A stretch of 64,000 bases of DNA from an uncultured delta proteobacterium (GTDB taxonomy: Bacteria; Myxococcota_A; Polyangia; Polyangiales; B10-G4). The stretch is taken from contig CAVSGI010000004.1 of NCBI GenBank assembly GCA_963727445.1, positions 220,873 through 284,872 of the forward strand. The letters are read 5' to 3'. The notes beneath the pieces were generated by a model that was given only the letters and a program-made list of their open reading frames with translations, was not told where the DNA came from and searched no databases. The position numbers and the translations under genes were made by a program. Of this stretch, positions 12,261 to 21,041 are shown in pieces (position 1 is the first letter of the stretch; the number at the start of each line of letters is the position of its first letter).

Positions 12261-13651
12261 CGCGGGCGCTCCTACTCTCGTTGGTCCTGCTCTCGGTCAC
12301 GTCCTCGGCCTTCGCCCAGGAGCTTCCGCCACCGGAGTTCGAGGGGGCCGACGAGGGCGACGATCTACCGCCGCCGGAATACGGAGACGAAGGCGATGAG
12401 GGCGGGCTGCCGCCGCCCGAGTACGGCGACGAAGGAGACGGTGGCGCGGGCGCAGAAGGTGACGGGGATGCGATGGAGGGGAGCCCCGAGCAGGAGATGG
12501 AGGAGTTTCAGGCGCCGAAGGTCATGGTGGTGGCGGCGCCGCGCACCCCCCGCGAGCTGTCGCGCGAGGTGAACGACATCCTCTCCGCCGTCGGTCAGCT
12601 CGAGAGCCCCGACGCGTTCGTTCGCGAGGCGCGGGCGCGCGGCTATCCCCCCGACCGCGGCGAGGCCTTCGAGGTCCTCTTGCCCGAGATGGACATCGCC
12701 CTGGTGCTCGTCATCTCGGTGGTGCGCGAAGAGGGCGAGCGCCGGCTCCGGGTGGAGTATCGCGACGGGCGAATCGGTTTCGCGCTCCTCGAGGAGTCTC
12801 ATCCTCTCGCCGGCGATCGCCTGCGCGCCGAGTCGCGCGAGCGCATCGTCTCCGAAGCGCGTCTGGCGCTGGCCGCCATCACGCGCCCCCCCGGGGCTCC
12901 CGCACCCGAAGGGTTGCCCGAAGCAGCCGCCGACTCCCGCGAGGGCCCGCCGGCCGAGCCGGGCGCGGCGGTACACGTCTTTCTCGGCGCGGGCTTCGGC
13001 TTCGGGATGCGCTCCTTCCGGTTGCCGACCTCGGTGGGCATCGTACGCCTCACCACCGATCCCTTCCCGGCCGTCTCCCTTCGCTTGGGGCTCGACTACG
13101 AGCCCACGGCTCAGGGGCGGGTCAACCTGCGCGGCGAGCTCTCCTACGTCACCTCGGTCGGCCTCGAGGTCACCGACATGCGCACCGACATGACGACCCT
13201 CAAGACGCCGTCGCGCAGCCAGCGCTTCGACGTGCGTCTCGGTGCGACCTACCGACTGGCGGACGGTCCCGATGGTGTCTCCCTCGGTGGCGCGTTGGGC
13301 TTCGGCGTGCGCGCTTTCGATTCAGAAGCGGCGGTCACGCTCCCCGACTACGCACTGAGCGGCTTCTCGCTCAGGCTCAGCTTGATCGTTCCGCTCCTCG
13401 AGGGGCGCGTGATCATCGCGCTCCATCCCGAGCTCGACTGGGTGGCCTTCGTCGACGACGGGCTCACCCAGGAAGGCGTCGCCGGCAGCGCGGTGGCGGT
13501 CGGCGCCGAGGCGAGGCTCCTCGTCGGCATCGCCGGTCCCTTCTACGCCGAGCTCTACTATCGCGAGAGCCACGCCTTCTTGAGCTCGGACCTGGGCGAA
13601 AGCGGAGACGTCGAGCGCTACGCGACCGTCGGTCTCCTCTACCGCCCGTGA
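12257..13651 (+). CDS. Secreted protein with acidic LPPPEYG repeats and a probable C-terminal beta-barrel
   Basis: GTG start overlaps the DUF3570 stop; signal ending SSAFA; three LPPPE(F/Y) repeats; amphipathic strands ending GLLYRP. Confidence 0.65.
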   Translation: MTRALLLSLVLLSVTSSAFAQELPPPEFEGADEGDDLPPPEYGDEGDEGGLPPPEYGDEGDGGAGAEGDGDAMEGSPEQEMEEFQAPKVMVVAAPRTPRELSREVNDILSAVGQLESPDAFVREARARGYPPDRGEAFEVLLPEMDIALVLVISVVREEGERRLRVEYRDGRIGFALLEESHPLAGDRLRAESRERIVSEARLALAAITRPPGAPAPEGLPEAAADSREGPPAEPGAAVHVFLGAGFGFGMRSFRLPTSVGIVRLTTDPFPAVSLRLGLDYEPTAQGRVNLRGELSYVTSVGLEVTDMRTDMTTLKTPSRSQRFDVRLGATYRLADGPDGVSLGGALGFGVRAFDSEAAVTLPDYALSGFSLRLSLIVPLLEGRVIIALHPELDWVAFVDDGLTQEGVAGSAVAVGAEARLLVGIAGPFYAELYYRESHAFLSSDLGESGDVERYATVGLLYRP

Positions 13652-13658
13652 CCCGTGC

Positions 13659-14396
13659 TCAGAAGGAGGCGCCTGCGCTGATGTAGAACCAGGGGATGAT
13701 CCCCCAGCTGTTGGGATCGGGGTTCGAGAGCGACAGCCCCGGCCCATAGAGCGCCGCGGCGCCGACACGGAAGTTGAAGCCGCCGTTCATCGGGTGGATC
13801 CGGTAGCCGATGTGGGCGTTGCCGATCGCGCTGGCGCCAGAGCCGGTCGCGGTCAGACCGCCGGCGCTCGCCGAGCCGTCCGTGAATATCATCGTCGCAC
13901 CGGCGCCGATCTCGAGCACGTGAGAGCCGGCCCTCAGGCCCAGGTACTCCGCCGTCAGTGGCACGGTGACGTACGACACGTTCGAGCTACTCGTACCCAC
14001 GTTCGAGCCGTAGGACATGTAGCTGAAGCCGATGCGAACGCCGAGCTGGTCGAAGAGCAGGCGCTCGTAGTTCACCGAGTAGAAGAGGCCTGCGCCCAGG
14101 CCCTCGACGAAGATCGTGTTCGGCGCGGGGTGCTCTTCTTCGACGTCGGTCGGCACGACGACCGTTCCGGGTGTCGCCGCCGGTGTCGCGGCAGGGGTGG
14201 TGGTCGCGGTGGTCGGCCCGGTGGTGGTCGTCTGCGATCCCATGGGCTGCATCACTGGAGCCGAGCTCTGTCCCGTCGTCCCCGTTCCCGCTTCCGAACC
14301 TTCTTCGTCGGTGGCGTCGGGATCGGCGGCGTAGGCGGTCGCGGTCTGTGCGAGTAAGAGACCGGCGGCGATCATCGGTAGTGACTTCGTGAGCAT
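13659..14396 (-). CDS. Small outer-membrane beta-barrel protein
   Basis: RBS GGAGG; signal ending TAYA; VEGLGAGLFYSVNYER; C-terminal ISAGASF (terminal Phe). Confidence 0.75.
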   Translation of the reverse strand: MLTKSLPMIAAGLLLAQTATAYAADPDATDEEGSEAGTGTTGQSSAPVMQPMGSQTTTTGPTTATTTPAATPAATPGTVVVPTDVEEEHPAPNTIFVEGLGAGLFYSVNYERLLFDQLGVRIGFSYMSYGSNVGTSSSNVSYVTVPLTAEYLGLRAGSHVLEIGAGATMIFTDGSASAGGLTATGSGASAIGNAHIGYRIHPMNGGFNFRVGAAALYGPGLSLSNPDPNSWGIIPWFYISAGASF

Positions 14397-14425
14397 GTTC
14401 CCTCCAAGCGTTCCGCGGCGGAGGG

Positions 14426-14441
14426 AGCACCGTTCGTGCCA
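14426..14441 (-). promoter_or_regulatory. sigma54 (-24/-12) promoter
   Basis: Minus strand TGGCACGAACGGTGCT, with GG-N10-GC spacing, 30 nt upstream of the ATG at 14396. Confidence 0.7.
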
Positions 14442-14561
14442 TCACGCTCTTGCCGAGATCCTCACGGGTTCGCGCGTGTCGGTTCGAAACCTACAGAATC
14501 GAAACATCACACACGTAACCACGAGTTCACGCCAAAGAGGCGTGGAGGTGAACACGAAGGT

Positions 14562-16940
14562 TCAGCGACGCGATCGACGTCGAAAGAAAAGCGAAGAGGT
14601 GATGAATACGGCAAACGCCAGCGCGTCGAAGCGCGTCTCATCGCGACCGACGATGATGCAACCGCAACCGCCATCGCCCATCGGCGGTGCAACGGTGCCG
14701 GTGTCTGCATCGGGCGCGCCACCGTCGGCGCGGGGCACCCTCGCATCGGATGTGCCTGCGTCCTCGGAGACGCAGGTCGTGGCGCCCGCACCTCCGCTCA
14801 GCGTGATCGCGAGCCAGCCTTTCGGGCGATTGAACCCGCGATCCGACAGATCGTCCCGCTTCTGTGCGACGGCGAGGAGCGTCGTCGTCTCGCCATCGGC
14901 GACGTCGAGGCAGAGCGTCAGGTCCGTTCCGTCGGACTCGGAGACGAGCGCACCGTCCCGATAGAGGCGCAGCACGTCGACGCCGATGGCTTCGGGATCC
15001 ATCGCGTGGATGGTCAACGCTCGGGCGTCCGCGATCGTGTCTCCATCCGCGGCGCCGTCGATGCTCACCACCGGGCGCGTGGCGTAAGGCGCCAGCATCG
15101 GATCGCCGAGCACCAGGTTCTGCCAGTACACGTTGGGCAGGTTGCGGTGATAGGCCTCGGCGAGGGTGGCGCCGTCGACGTATTGAGTGATCAGCGATCG
15201 CGCGGGGAACACCGAGTTGAGTGGCTCGTCGGTGGTGCCGTGAACGCCGCCCACACCGCGCGCGACCCAGCGCGCGATCGAGACCTGTCTCTCCATGGAG
15301 GGGTCGTCGAAGTTCTCGGGCACCGCGCCGAAGCTCGTCAGGTTGTCGACGAGCGCGCCCGGGGCGAAGTCGTTGCCCTCGATGGTGTCGCCGATGGTCG
15401 CCGTGCCGGTGAAGAAGGCCGCGAGGGTGTGACCGGTGAGGTCGGCGTCGAAAGGCACTTGGCGCGCATCGGTGTAGCCGCGATCCATCAGGTCGCTGAT
15501 CACGCGCGGGTACTGGCCGTCGAGGGCCCCGCGCGCGGGGTCTCTTCCTTCCATGAAGAGGAACTCTCCTGCGGCGCCGCCCATCGCCTCCGCTTCGAGT
15601 GCGCTGTCGAGGAGCATCTCCGCCTCGCTGAAGGAGCGCCCGTGGAGCATCGTCACCAGCACCGGGCGGAAGTCGACGCCGCCAACGCTCTCTGCCCAGC
15701 CCGGCTCGAAGAGCCCACTGTGGAAGGGGTTGGCGAAGCGGGCGGCGTAGCAGGGCGTCCCGGTGCAATCCGCCGTGACGCCAGGCGCCTGACCGAGGAG
15801 GGCGGCTCCGTCCATGGTCGTGTCCCAGAGCCCGAGCGCGGCCGCGAGCGACACCCGTCGCGTGGTCGCCCCGTCCGGGATGCGCACCCTGAGGGGCACG
15901 CCGCGGATGACGAGCACGGCCTCGATGCGGTCGCGGACGCCTGCGGCCTCGAGGCACGCGCCCAGGGGCGTCAGGATCTGGTCGCGAAAGTCCGCGAGGT
16001 CGATGTCGATCACTGTGTCGATCGACAGAGCGCAGACCTGCCCCATGGGCACGTCGCGTTCGCGCGCGTAGCGCTCCGCGAGCGCGACCGACTCGGGGAC
16101 GTCGGCGTTCGCCAACACCGCGGTCGTCGCGGGGCCGGGGACGGCGTAGGCCGCCGACGCGTGGGTGAGGGTGATGGCCGACAGGGCGAGGGCACCCGCG
16201 AGCGCCCGCCGGCGCCGCAACAGGAAGAGGAGCACCAGCATCGCGAGCGCCCAACCGCCCTCTGGCGGCAGAGCCGTCGTCGCACAACCGCCCGCGACGA
16301 TCGTCTCCGGCGGGGGCGCGCCTTCGACGCGGAGCGATTGGGAGATCACGCCGACGCGATCGCCCACGCTGGTGCCGTTGCCGTTGCCGCGGACCTCGGC
16401 TGCGTGGATCCACGCCGTACCCGCGCTCGGATCGGAAGGCGCGGTCCAGGTGAGGCGGCTGGTCCGCGCGCCACAGGCCCGCGCGATGGCGAGGGGCCGA
16501 CCATCCGCCGTGGTCTGGAGCTCCGTCGCGCCCTCGGGGAGCATCCCCCCCTCGGCCCGGCAGCGCTCCTCGTCGGCGATCTCGCTGTCGGGCAGGAGCG
16601 AGAGCGTCCCGATGGCCCCGCCGTCTCGGTCCGTGACCTCGAGCACCATGCCTCGATCGCCATCGCTGAGGCCCATGTCGAAGGAGAGCTCGTAGCTCGC
16701 GCCCGGCCGGTAGCCTGCCTCGGGCAGCCCGCGCACCTCGAAGGGGATGTCGGGCTCGCCGTGACAGACGGCGCAGGTGAACCCGTCGTTCGGCGATCCG
16801 GTGAACCACCGTCCACCGCCCCCGCCCGCATCGGCGGCGAGGTCGAAGCGCCCCGGATCGGAAAAAGCGTGCGCCCGCGCCGGCCCGAGCGCGACCGTGA
16901 GCGCCGCGATCGCGACGAGAGGCAGCGCTCTCATGGGCAC
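14562..16940 (-). CDS. Reeler-like/CxxCH domain, internal MYXO-CTERM-like segment, TIGR03790-like domain and C-terminal MYXO-CTERM
   Basis: Signal ending AHA; FTCAVCH; TWTAP...GNGNG (reeler-like); VLANADVPESVALAERYARER, GALVDNLTSFGA, GTTDEP, LGDPMLAPY (TIGR03790-like); terminal GGCGC-hydrophobic-RRRSRR. Confidence 0.75.
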   Translation of the reverse strand: MPMRALPLVAIAALTVALGPARAHAFSDPGRFDLAADAGGGGGRWFTGSPNDGFTCAVCHGEPDIPFEVRGLPEAGYRPGASYELSFDMGLSDGDRGMVLEVTDRDGGAIGTLSLLPDSEIADEERCRAEGGMLPEGATELQTTADGRPLAIARACGARTSRLTWTAPSDPSAGTAWIHAAEVRGNGNGTSVGDRVGVISQSLRVEGAPPPETIVAGGCATTALPPEGGWALAMLVLLFLLRRRRALAGALALSAITLTHASAAYAVPGPATTAVLANADVPESVALAERYARERDVPMGQVCALSIDTVIDIDLADFRDQILTPLGACLEAAGVRDRIEAVLVIRGVPLRVRIPDGATTRRVSLAAALGLWDTTMDGAALLGQAPGVTADCTGTPCYAARFANPFHSGLFEPGWAESVGGVDFRPVLVTMLHGRSFSEAEMLLDSALEAEAMGGAAGEFLFMEGRDPARGALDGQYPRVISDLMDRGYTDARQVPFDADLTGHTLAAFFTGTATIGDTIEGNDFAPGALVDNLTSFGAVPENFDDPSMERQVSIARWVARGVGGVHGTTDEPLNSVFPARSLITQYVDGATLAEAYHRNLPNVYWQNLVLGDPMLAPYATRPVVSIDGAADGDTIADARALTIHAMDPEAIGVDVLRLYRDGALVSESDGTDLTLCLDVADGETTTLLAVAQKRDDLSDRGFNRPKGWLAITLSGGAGATTCVSEDAGTSDARVPRADGGAPDADTGTVAPPMGDGGCGCIIVGRDETRFDALAFAVFITSSLFFRRRSRR

Positions 16941-17401
16941 GTCACCATCCGCCCGTGCGCCCAGTCGCGGATCGTGACGAAGTCGGGATCCTCTTTGCTT
17001 CGATAGACGTCCCGGCCGAGCTCGTCGCGACCCATGTGCCCGGCGCCGCCCGCTTCGATCGCCAGCGGCTTGCGCAGCAGCGGCGCGTCATCGACCGATT
17101 GCGCCCCGCCGAGCATCGAGCGCGCGCGATCGTAGGTGAGAGCGATCTCGTCGTCGGTGGGGCCGTCGAGCTGCGGGGTCATCGGATCGAGGCGGGTGCG
17201 CCCCGGCGCGAAGACCTGAAAGGCCCGATGCATGGTGCCGTGGCACGCAGGGAAGCCGCAGTCCCGCGCCAAGACCGGATAGACCTCGAGCTCGAAGGCG
17301 CACTGGTCCACGGGTGGGGGATGGGGCTCCGGGGCCGCGCCGACACAGGCGGTCGCCAGGGAGCTGAGGGCCAACAGAAGGAGGACGACCGAGCGCGACA
17401 T
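16931..17401 (-). CDS. Lipoprotein with atypical CxxxxCH motif (PSCyt-like cytochrome c domain)
   Basis: Lipobox ATAC; FELEVYPVLARDCGFPACHG; LLRKPL...GHMG...IRDW. Confidence 0.65.
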   Translation of the reverse strand: MSRSVVLLLLALSSLATACVGAAPEPHPPPVDQCAFELEVYPVLARDCGFPACHGTMHRAFQVFAPGRTRLDPMTPQLDGPTDDEIALTYDRARSMLGGAQSVDDAPLLRKPLAIEAGGAGHMGRDELGRDVYRSKEDPDFVTIRDWAHGRMVTCP

Positions 17402-17467
17402 CGCCGCCGATATGAAACGACGCCCCTCGGCTTTGTGCAAACGGGGGTGTGGAGTAGAGTAGGGCGC

Positions 17468-17683
17468 GTGAAGGCCTTCGCCCTGCTCCTGCTCGCGGCT
17501 CTCGCCGTCGCCGCCACCGGCTGCGTCACCGTCAGCCCGTGGGAGCGCGAGGTCCTCGCTCGCCCCGACATGAGCTTCGAGGGCAACCGAACGGTCAGCA
17601 CCGCCGAGGGCCACTCCTCCGAGACCCGGGAGGGCTCGGCCGGGGGGCTCGGATCCGGCGGCGGCGGCTGCGGCTGCAACTAG
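17468..17683 (+). CDS. DUF4266 domain lipoprotein
   Basis: GCVTVSPWEREVLARPDM...REGSAGG.G.GGGGCGCN, the family signature. Confidence 0.9.
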   Translation: MKAFALLLLAALAVAATGCVTVSPWEREVLARPDMSFEGNRTVSTAEGHSSETREGSAGGLGSGGGGCGCN

Positions 17684-17835
17684 ACACGCTCCCCCGAGGT
17701 CCCAGCGGGGACTGATGACTCCAATCCCCATCCGGGTCTGGGGATCCCCCAACGGCTGGTGACCCCGTGCCCCAAAAGGGCCCCCGAGTGCGGACGCGAG
17801 GCCGCAATCTGGCGTGTTAAGGAGCCTGTGAGCTT

Positions 17836-17851
17836 CGGCACGATGGCTGCA
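17836..17851 (+). promoter_or_regulatory. sigma54 (-24/-12) promoter
   Basis: CGGCACGATGGCTGCA, with GG-N10-GC spacing, upstream of the 17871-22433 operon. Confidence 0.6.
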
Positions 17852-17870
17852 CTTACAGCCACCAGAGCCG

Positions 17871-19046
17871 ATGATTGGACCCCGCACACTCACTGCCGTC
17901 CTCGCCTTGGCCCTGGGCTGTAACGCCGGAACCATCGCGATGGAGCGGCTTCCTTATGACGGTGGAGCCGACTCCGGTTCCACCATGGACGAGGACGCCA
18001 TGGTCATCGAGGAGATGGCCGCGCGCGACCTCTTCGATAGCACTGTGCTCCCACTCCTCGAGTCGAACTGCGTCTCGTGTCACGGCGAGAGCGGCTCGGT
18101 GGTGGGATACCGCTTCCTCACGCCGGATCCCGACATCTATACGTCGGTCACCAGCTGGCCGGCGCTCGTCAGCCGCGCCAATCCGACCTCTAGCCGCATC
18201 CTGACGCTGGACAGCACGCACCCGGGCCCCGAGTGGAGCACCACCCAGGCCGACACCGTGCAGCGCTGGCTCGAGCGCGAGGGCGAGGAGTATGCCGGCA
18301 GCGGTGAGGAGCCCGACCTCATCACCGACGCGAAGGTGCTCGAGGCAGGTCTCAACCTCTTCCCCCTCGACGTCCTCGGCCTGCCCGGGAGCCAGCTCAG
18401 CCTCACCGCCGAGCCCACCCCCGCGGGTTGGTACCTGTCCAACATCGAGGTGAACGCCGGCGCCGACGGCGTCCGCATGTCGCATCCGGTCATCATCCAA
18501 TGGGTCGACGGAGACGCGACGGTCGATCCGAGCGATCGCTTCGCGGGCATGGACGTGGTCGCCCCCGCCTACACCCGGGTCGCCGTGGGCGGCGGCACCG
18601 CGAGCCTCTCGGGTCTGCCCGACGGCGCGAGCATCAGCTGGCACTTCGACGCCGCGGGCCCCGAGTCGGGTGGCACCGGCGGTGGCGACGGCGGCGTGGG
18701 CGGCGGTGACGCCGGCATGGGCACGACCACCGGTGGCTGTACGGCGCTTCCCTCCTTCACGGCGAACGTGCGCCCGCAGCTGATGATGTACTGCACGAGC
18801 TGCCACGACGGCAGCAACCCCGACGCGATGTCGGCCGTCGACATGTCGAACGTCGCCGATAGCAGCGACTCGGCGCAGGCGCTGGCCTGCGGCCAGATCC
18901 TCTCGCGCTCCCGCGGCGCGACCCCGTCCATTCTCCTCGCGCCCGATTCCACTGGGGGTCTGGCGCACCCGTTCCGGCTGAGCTCGTTCCAGCTGGCGAC
19001 GTTCAGCGCGGCGATCACCGATTGGGTCGCCATGGAGGCTCCCTGA
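17871..19046 (+). CDS. Di-heme c-type cytochrome lipoprotein (PSCyt1-like domains)
   Basis: Lipobox ALGC; FDSTVLPLLESNCVSCHG and FTANVRPQLMMYCTSCHDG. Confidence 0.75.
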   Translation: MIGPRTLTAVLALALGCNAGTIAMERLPYDGGADSGSTMDEDAMVIEEMAARDLFDSTVLPLLESNCVSCHGESGSVVGYRFLTPDPDIYTSVTSWPALVSRANPTSSRILTLDSTHPGPEWSTTQADTVQRWLEREGEEYAGSGEEPDLITDAKVLEAGLNLFPLDVLGLPGSQLSLTAEPTPAGWYLSNIEVNAGADGVRMSHPVIIQWVDGDATVDPSDRFAGMDVVAPAYTRVAVGGGTASLSGLPDGASISWHFDAAGPESGGTGGGDGGVGGGDAGMGTTTGGCTALPSFTANVRPQLMMYCTSCHDGSNPDAMSAVDMSNVADSSDSAQALACGQILSRSRGATPSILLAPDSTGGLAHPFRLSSFQLATFSAAITDWVAMEAP

Positions 19047-20290
19047 TGAAGCGACTTCTCGAGGCCCTCGCGCTCACCGGTGTCATCGCCGGGCTCGGCT
19101 GCCAGGGTGGCGTGTCGGGCTCTGCGCGCGACGCGGTGCCGGATGCGACCCCCGACCCCGCGAGCGATCCCGGGACGTCCGACACCCCCGCCGACGGCGT
19201 GGTCGCCGACGACACCACCGGGACCGACGACACCACGCCCGACTGGGCGGCCGGTGAGCTCTCGCCCGAGTGGCAGGGGCGCCTCGACGACCGGGACCTC
19301 GACTACGGCGCCGCGCTGCGGACCGCGTCCCTTCGTCTGCGCGGCGACCTGCCGACGCTCCTCGAGATCCGCATGCTCGACGAAGCCACCGACCAGGCGT
19401 CGGTCTACCGCTCCTTTCTCGAGTCCTTCATCACCGACGATCGCTTCATCCCGCAGATCCGGAACTACTTCCGCGACACCTTCAAGATGGGCCGCGGCGA
19501 CCTCGACACCGCCCCGCTCTTCGCCGCCGAGCTCGCGGTGGAGGGACGGAGCATGACCGAGCTCTTCACCGCGACGAACGGCACCTGCCCCACGATGCAG
19601 GACGAAGCCATCGTCCCCGCCGATTGCGACAACGGCGTCCCCACCCACGCCGGCATCCTCACCAACCCGGCGGTGATGCGGCACTTCAACAGCAACCTGG
19701 CGTTCCGCCGGGTGCGCTGGGTGCAGGAGACCTTCGCCTGCAACGCCTTCCCCGCCGAGCTCGGCGACCCCATCGACATCGGAGGCGCGGCTCCCTACAC
19801 CGCGCCGTGGCCCTTCGAGAGCATCGCGGGCGCCGACACGGGCGGGCGCATCGACTTCCACGACATCGAGAGCGTCACCTGCGCGAACTGCCACGCGACG
19901 ATGAACCACCAGGCCCCGCTCTTCGGACACTTCGACGCCGACGGCCGCTGGAGCGACTCCATCGCCGTCACCCTGCCGAGCGATGGATCGCCCCTGGTCG
20001 CCATGTCGGACTGGCTCCCGGACGGCGAGACCACCGCGTGGCGCTTCGGTGTGCCGGCGGCCGACCTGCCTGCCTTCGGCGCAGCGATGGCCGCGGACCG
20101 CGACGTGCACCGCTGCACCGTCTCCCGCGCCTGGAACTGGGCGATGGGGAAGGGAGACATCGTGCTGACCCGCGCGGCGGTTCCGGACGAGGTCATCGAC
20201 ACCATGGTCGACGACTACATCGCATCGGGGCACCGCATGGACCAGCTGCTCCTCGCCATCTTCACCTCCGACGACTTCGTCAACTTCTGA
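19046..20290 (+). CDS. Lipoprotein with DUF1549/PSD-like domains and a CxxCH motif
   Basis: Lipobox GLGC; LRTASLRLRGDLPT, AGILTNP, FRRVRW, CANCHATMN, RCTVSRAWNWAMG; TGATG coupling. Confidence 0.65.
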   Translation: MKRLLEALALTGVIAGLGCQGGVSGSARDAVPDATPDPASDPGTSDTPADGVVADDTTGTDDTTPDWAAGELSPEWQGRLDDRDLDYGAALRTASLRLRGDLPTLLEIRMLDEATDQASVYRSFLESFITDDRFIPQIRNYFRDTFKMGRGDLDTAPLFAAELAVEGRSMTELFTATNGTCPTMQDEAIVPADCDNGVPTHAGILTNPAVMRHFNSNLAFRRVRWVQETFACNAFPAELGDPIDIGGAAPYTAPWPFESIAGADTGGRIDFHDIESVTCANCHATMNHQAPLFGHFDADGRWSDSIAVTLPSDGSPLVAMSDWLPDGETTAWRFGVPAADLPAFGAAMAADRDVHRCTVSRAWNWAMGKGDIVLTRAAVPDEVIDTMVDDYIASGHRMDQLLLAIFTSDDFVNF

Positions 20291-21030
20291 TGCTGGCCAT
20301 GATGATGAAGAACACCCGATACCTCGTCCTCGCCGCGCTCCTGGTCGCCTGTGGTCAGGGCAGCGAAAGTGGTCGCGACGACTATCTGTCGCCGACCGAT
20401 CCCGAAGCCGCCGCCGCCACCGGCACGGCGCCGGGGAGCGAAGAAGGCGGCGCCGCCAGCGGAACCGAGAGCACCTTCGACCACCCCGCGGCCCTCGGCG
20501 GCTCGGCGGTGACCGCGCGCGAGGCCCTCGAGCGCATGGCCGAAGAGGGACCCCCCGGCTACACCGCGCGCATCCACGGCTGCCGGAAGATGCCGTACCG
20601 CACCCTCGGCCGCGTGCTCGCCGGTCTCGGCGTGAACCTCGACGCAATGGGTGAGACCGACGCTGGCAACATGTGGCGCCGGTCGGACCAGGCGCTCGGC
20701 GCCGCCAACTACGGCGCTCGCATCGGCGAGAGCACCGAGGTCACGGTCTCCGTCGCCTCGCGCACCTTCGACATCCTCGTCCAGGCCGCCCCGGAGGTCA
20801 TCGCCAACCTTCCGAGCGTCGAGCGCTGCATGATCGGTGGCGTCGGCGTGAGCGTCTTCGACGGTGCGGGTCACTGCACCCGTGATGGCCTCAGCTGCCT
20901 CCTCGGCGAGCCCGCGAGCGATGTCGTCGTCGCCCAGTGTGACGACGTGGTGCGACGCGCCGCCGACCCCGCCCAGGGGCAGGCAATCGCGGTCGCCTCT
21001 CTTCTCTCTGCTGCCCACACCTGCGAATGA
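20290..21030 (+). CDS. Cys-containing hypothetical lipoprotein
   Basis: Lipobox LVAC; several Cys, ending AAHTCE; TGATG coupling (start could be a later Met). Confidence 0.65.
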   Translation: MLAMMMKNTRYLVLAALLVACGQGSESGRDDYLSPTDPEAAAATGTAPGSEEGGAASGTESTFDHPAALGGSAVTAREALERMAEEGPPGYTARIHGCRKMPYRTLGRVLAGLGVNLDAMGETDAGNMWRRSDQALGAANYGARIGESTEVTVSVASRTFDILVQAAPEVIANLPSVERCMIGGVGVSVFDGAGHCTRDGLSCLLGEPASDVVVAQCDDVVRRAADPAQGQAIAVASLLSAAHTCE

Positions 21031-21041
21031 GGACGAAAGAC

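Noticed and set aside
14436..17006. Long antisense and alternate-frame ORFs (e.g. 14436..17006+, 20871..23426-, 36090..38765-, 42940..44571+)
   Set aside because: Shadow ORFs expected at high GC; they are Arg/Pro/Ala-rich or mirror real genes and show no motifs.
17712..17806. CTGATGA (hammerhead or box C-like) and GGACGCGAGGCC (c-di-GMP-I-like) motifs
   Set aside because: There is no GAAA core for a hammerhead and no GGCAAAC/GNRA P2 for the riboswitch.
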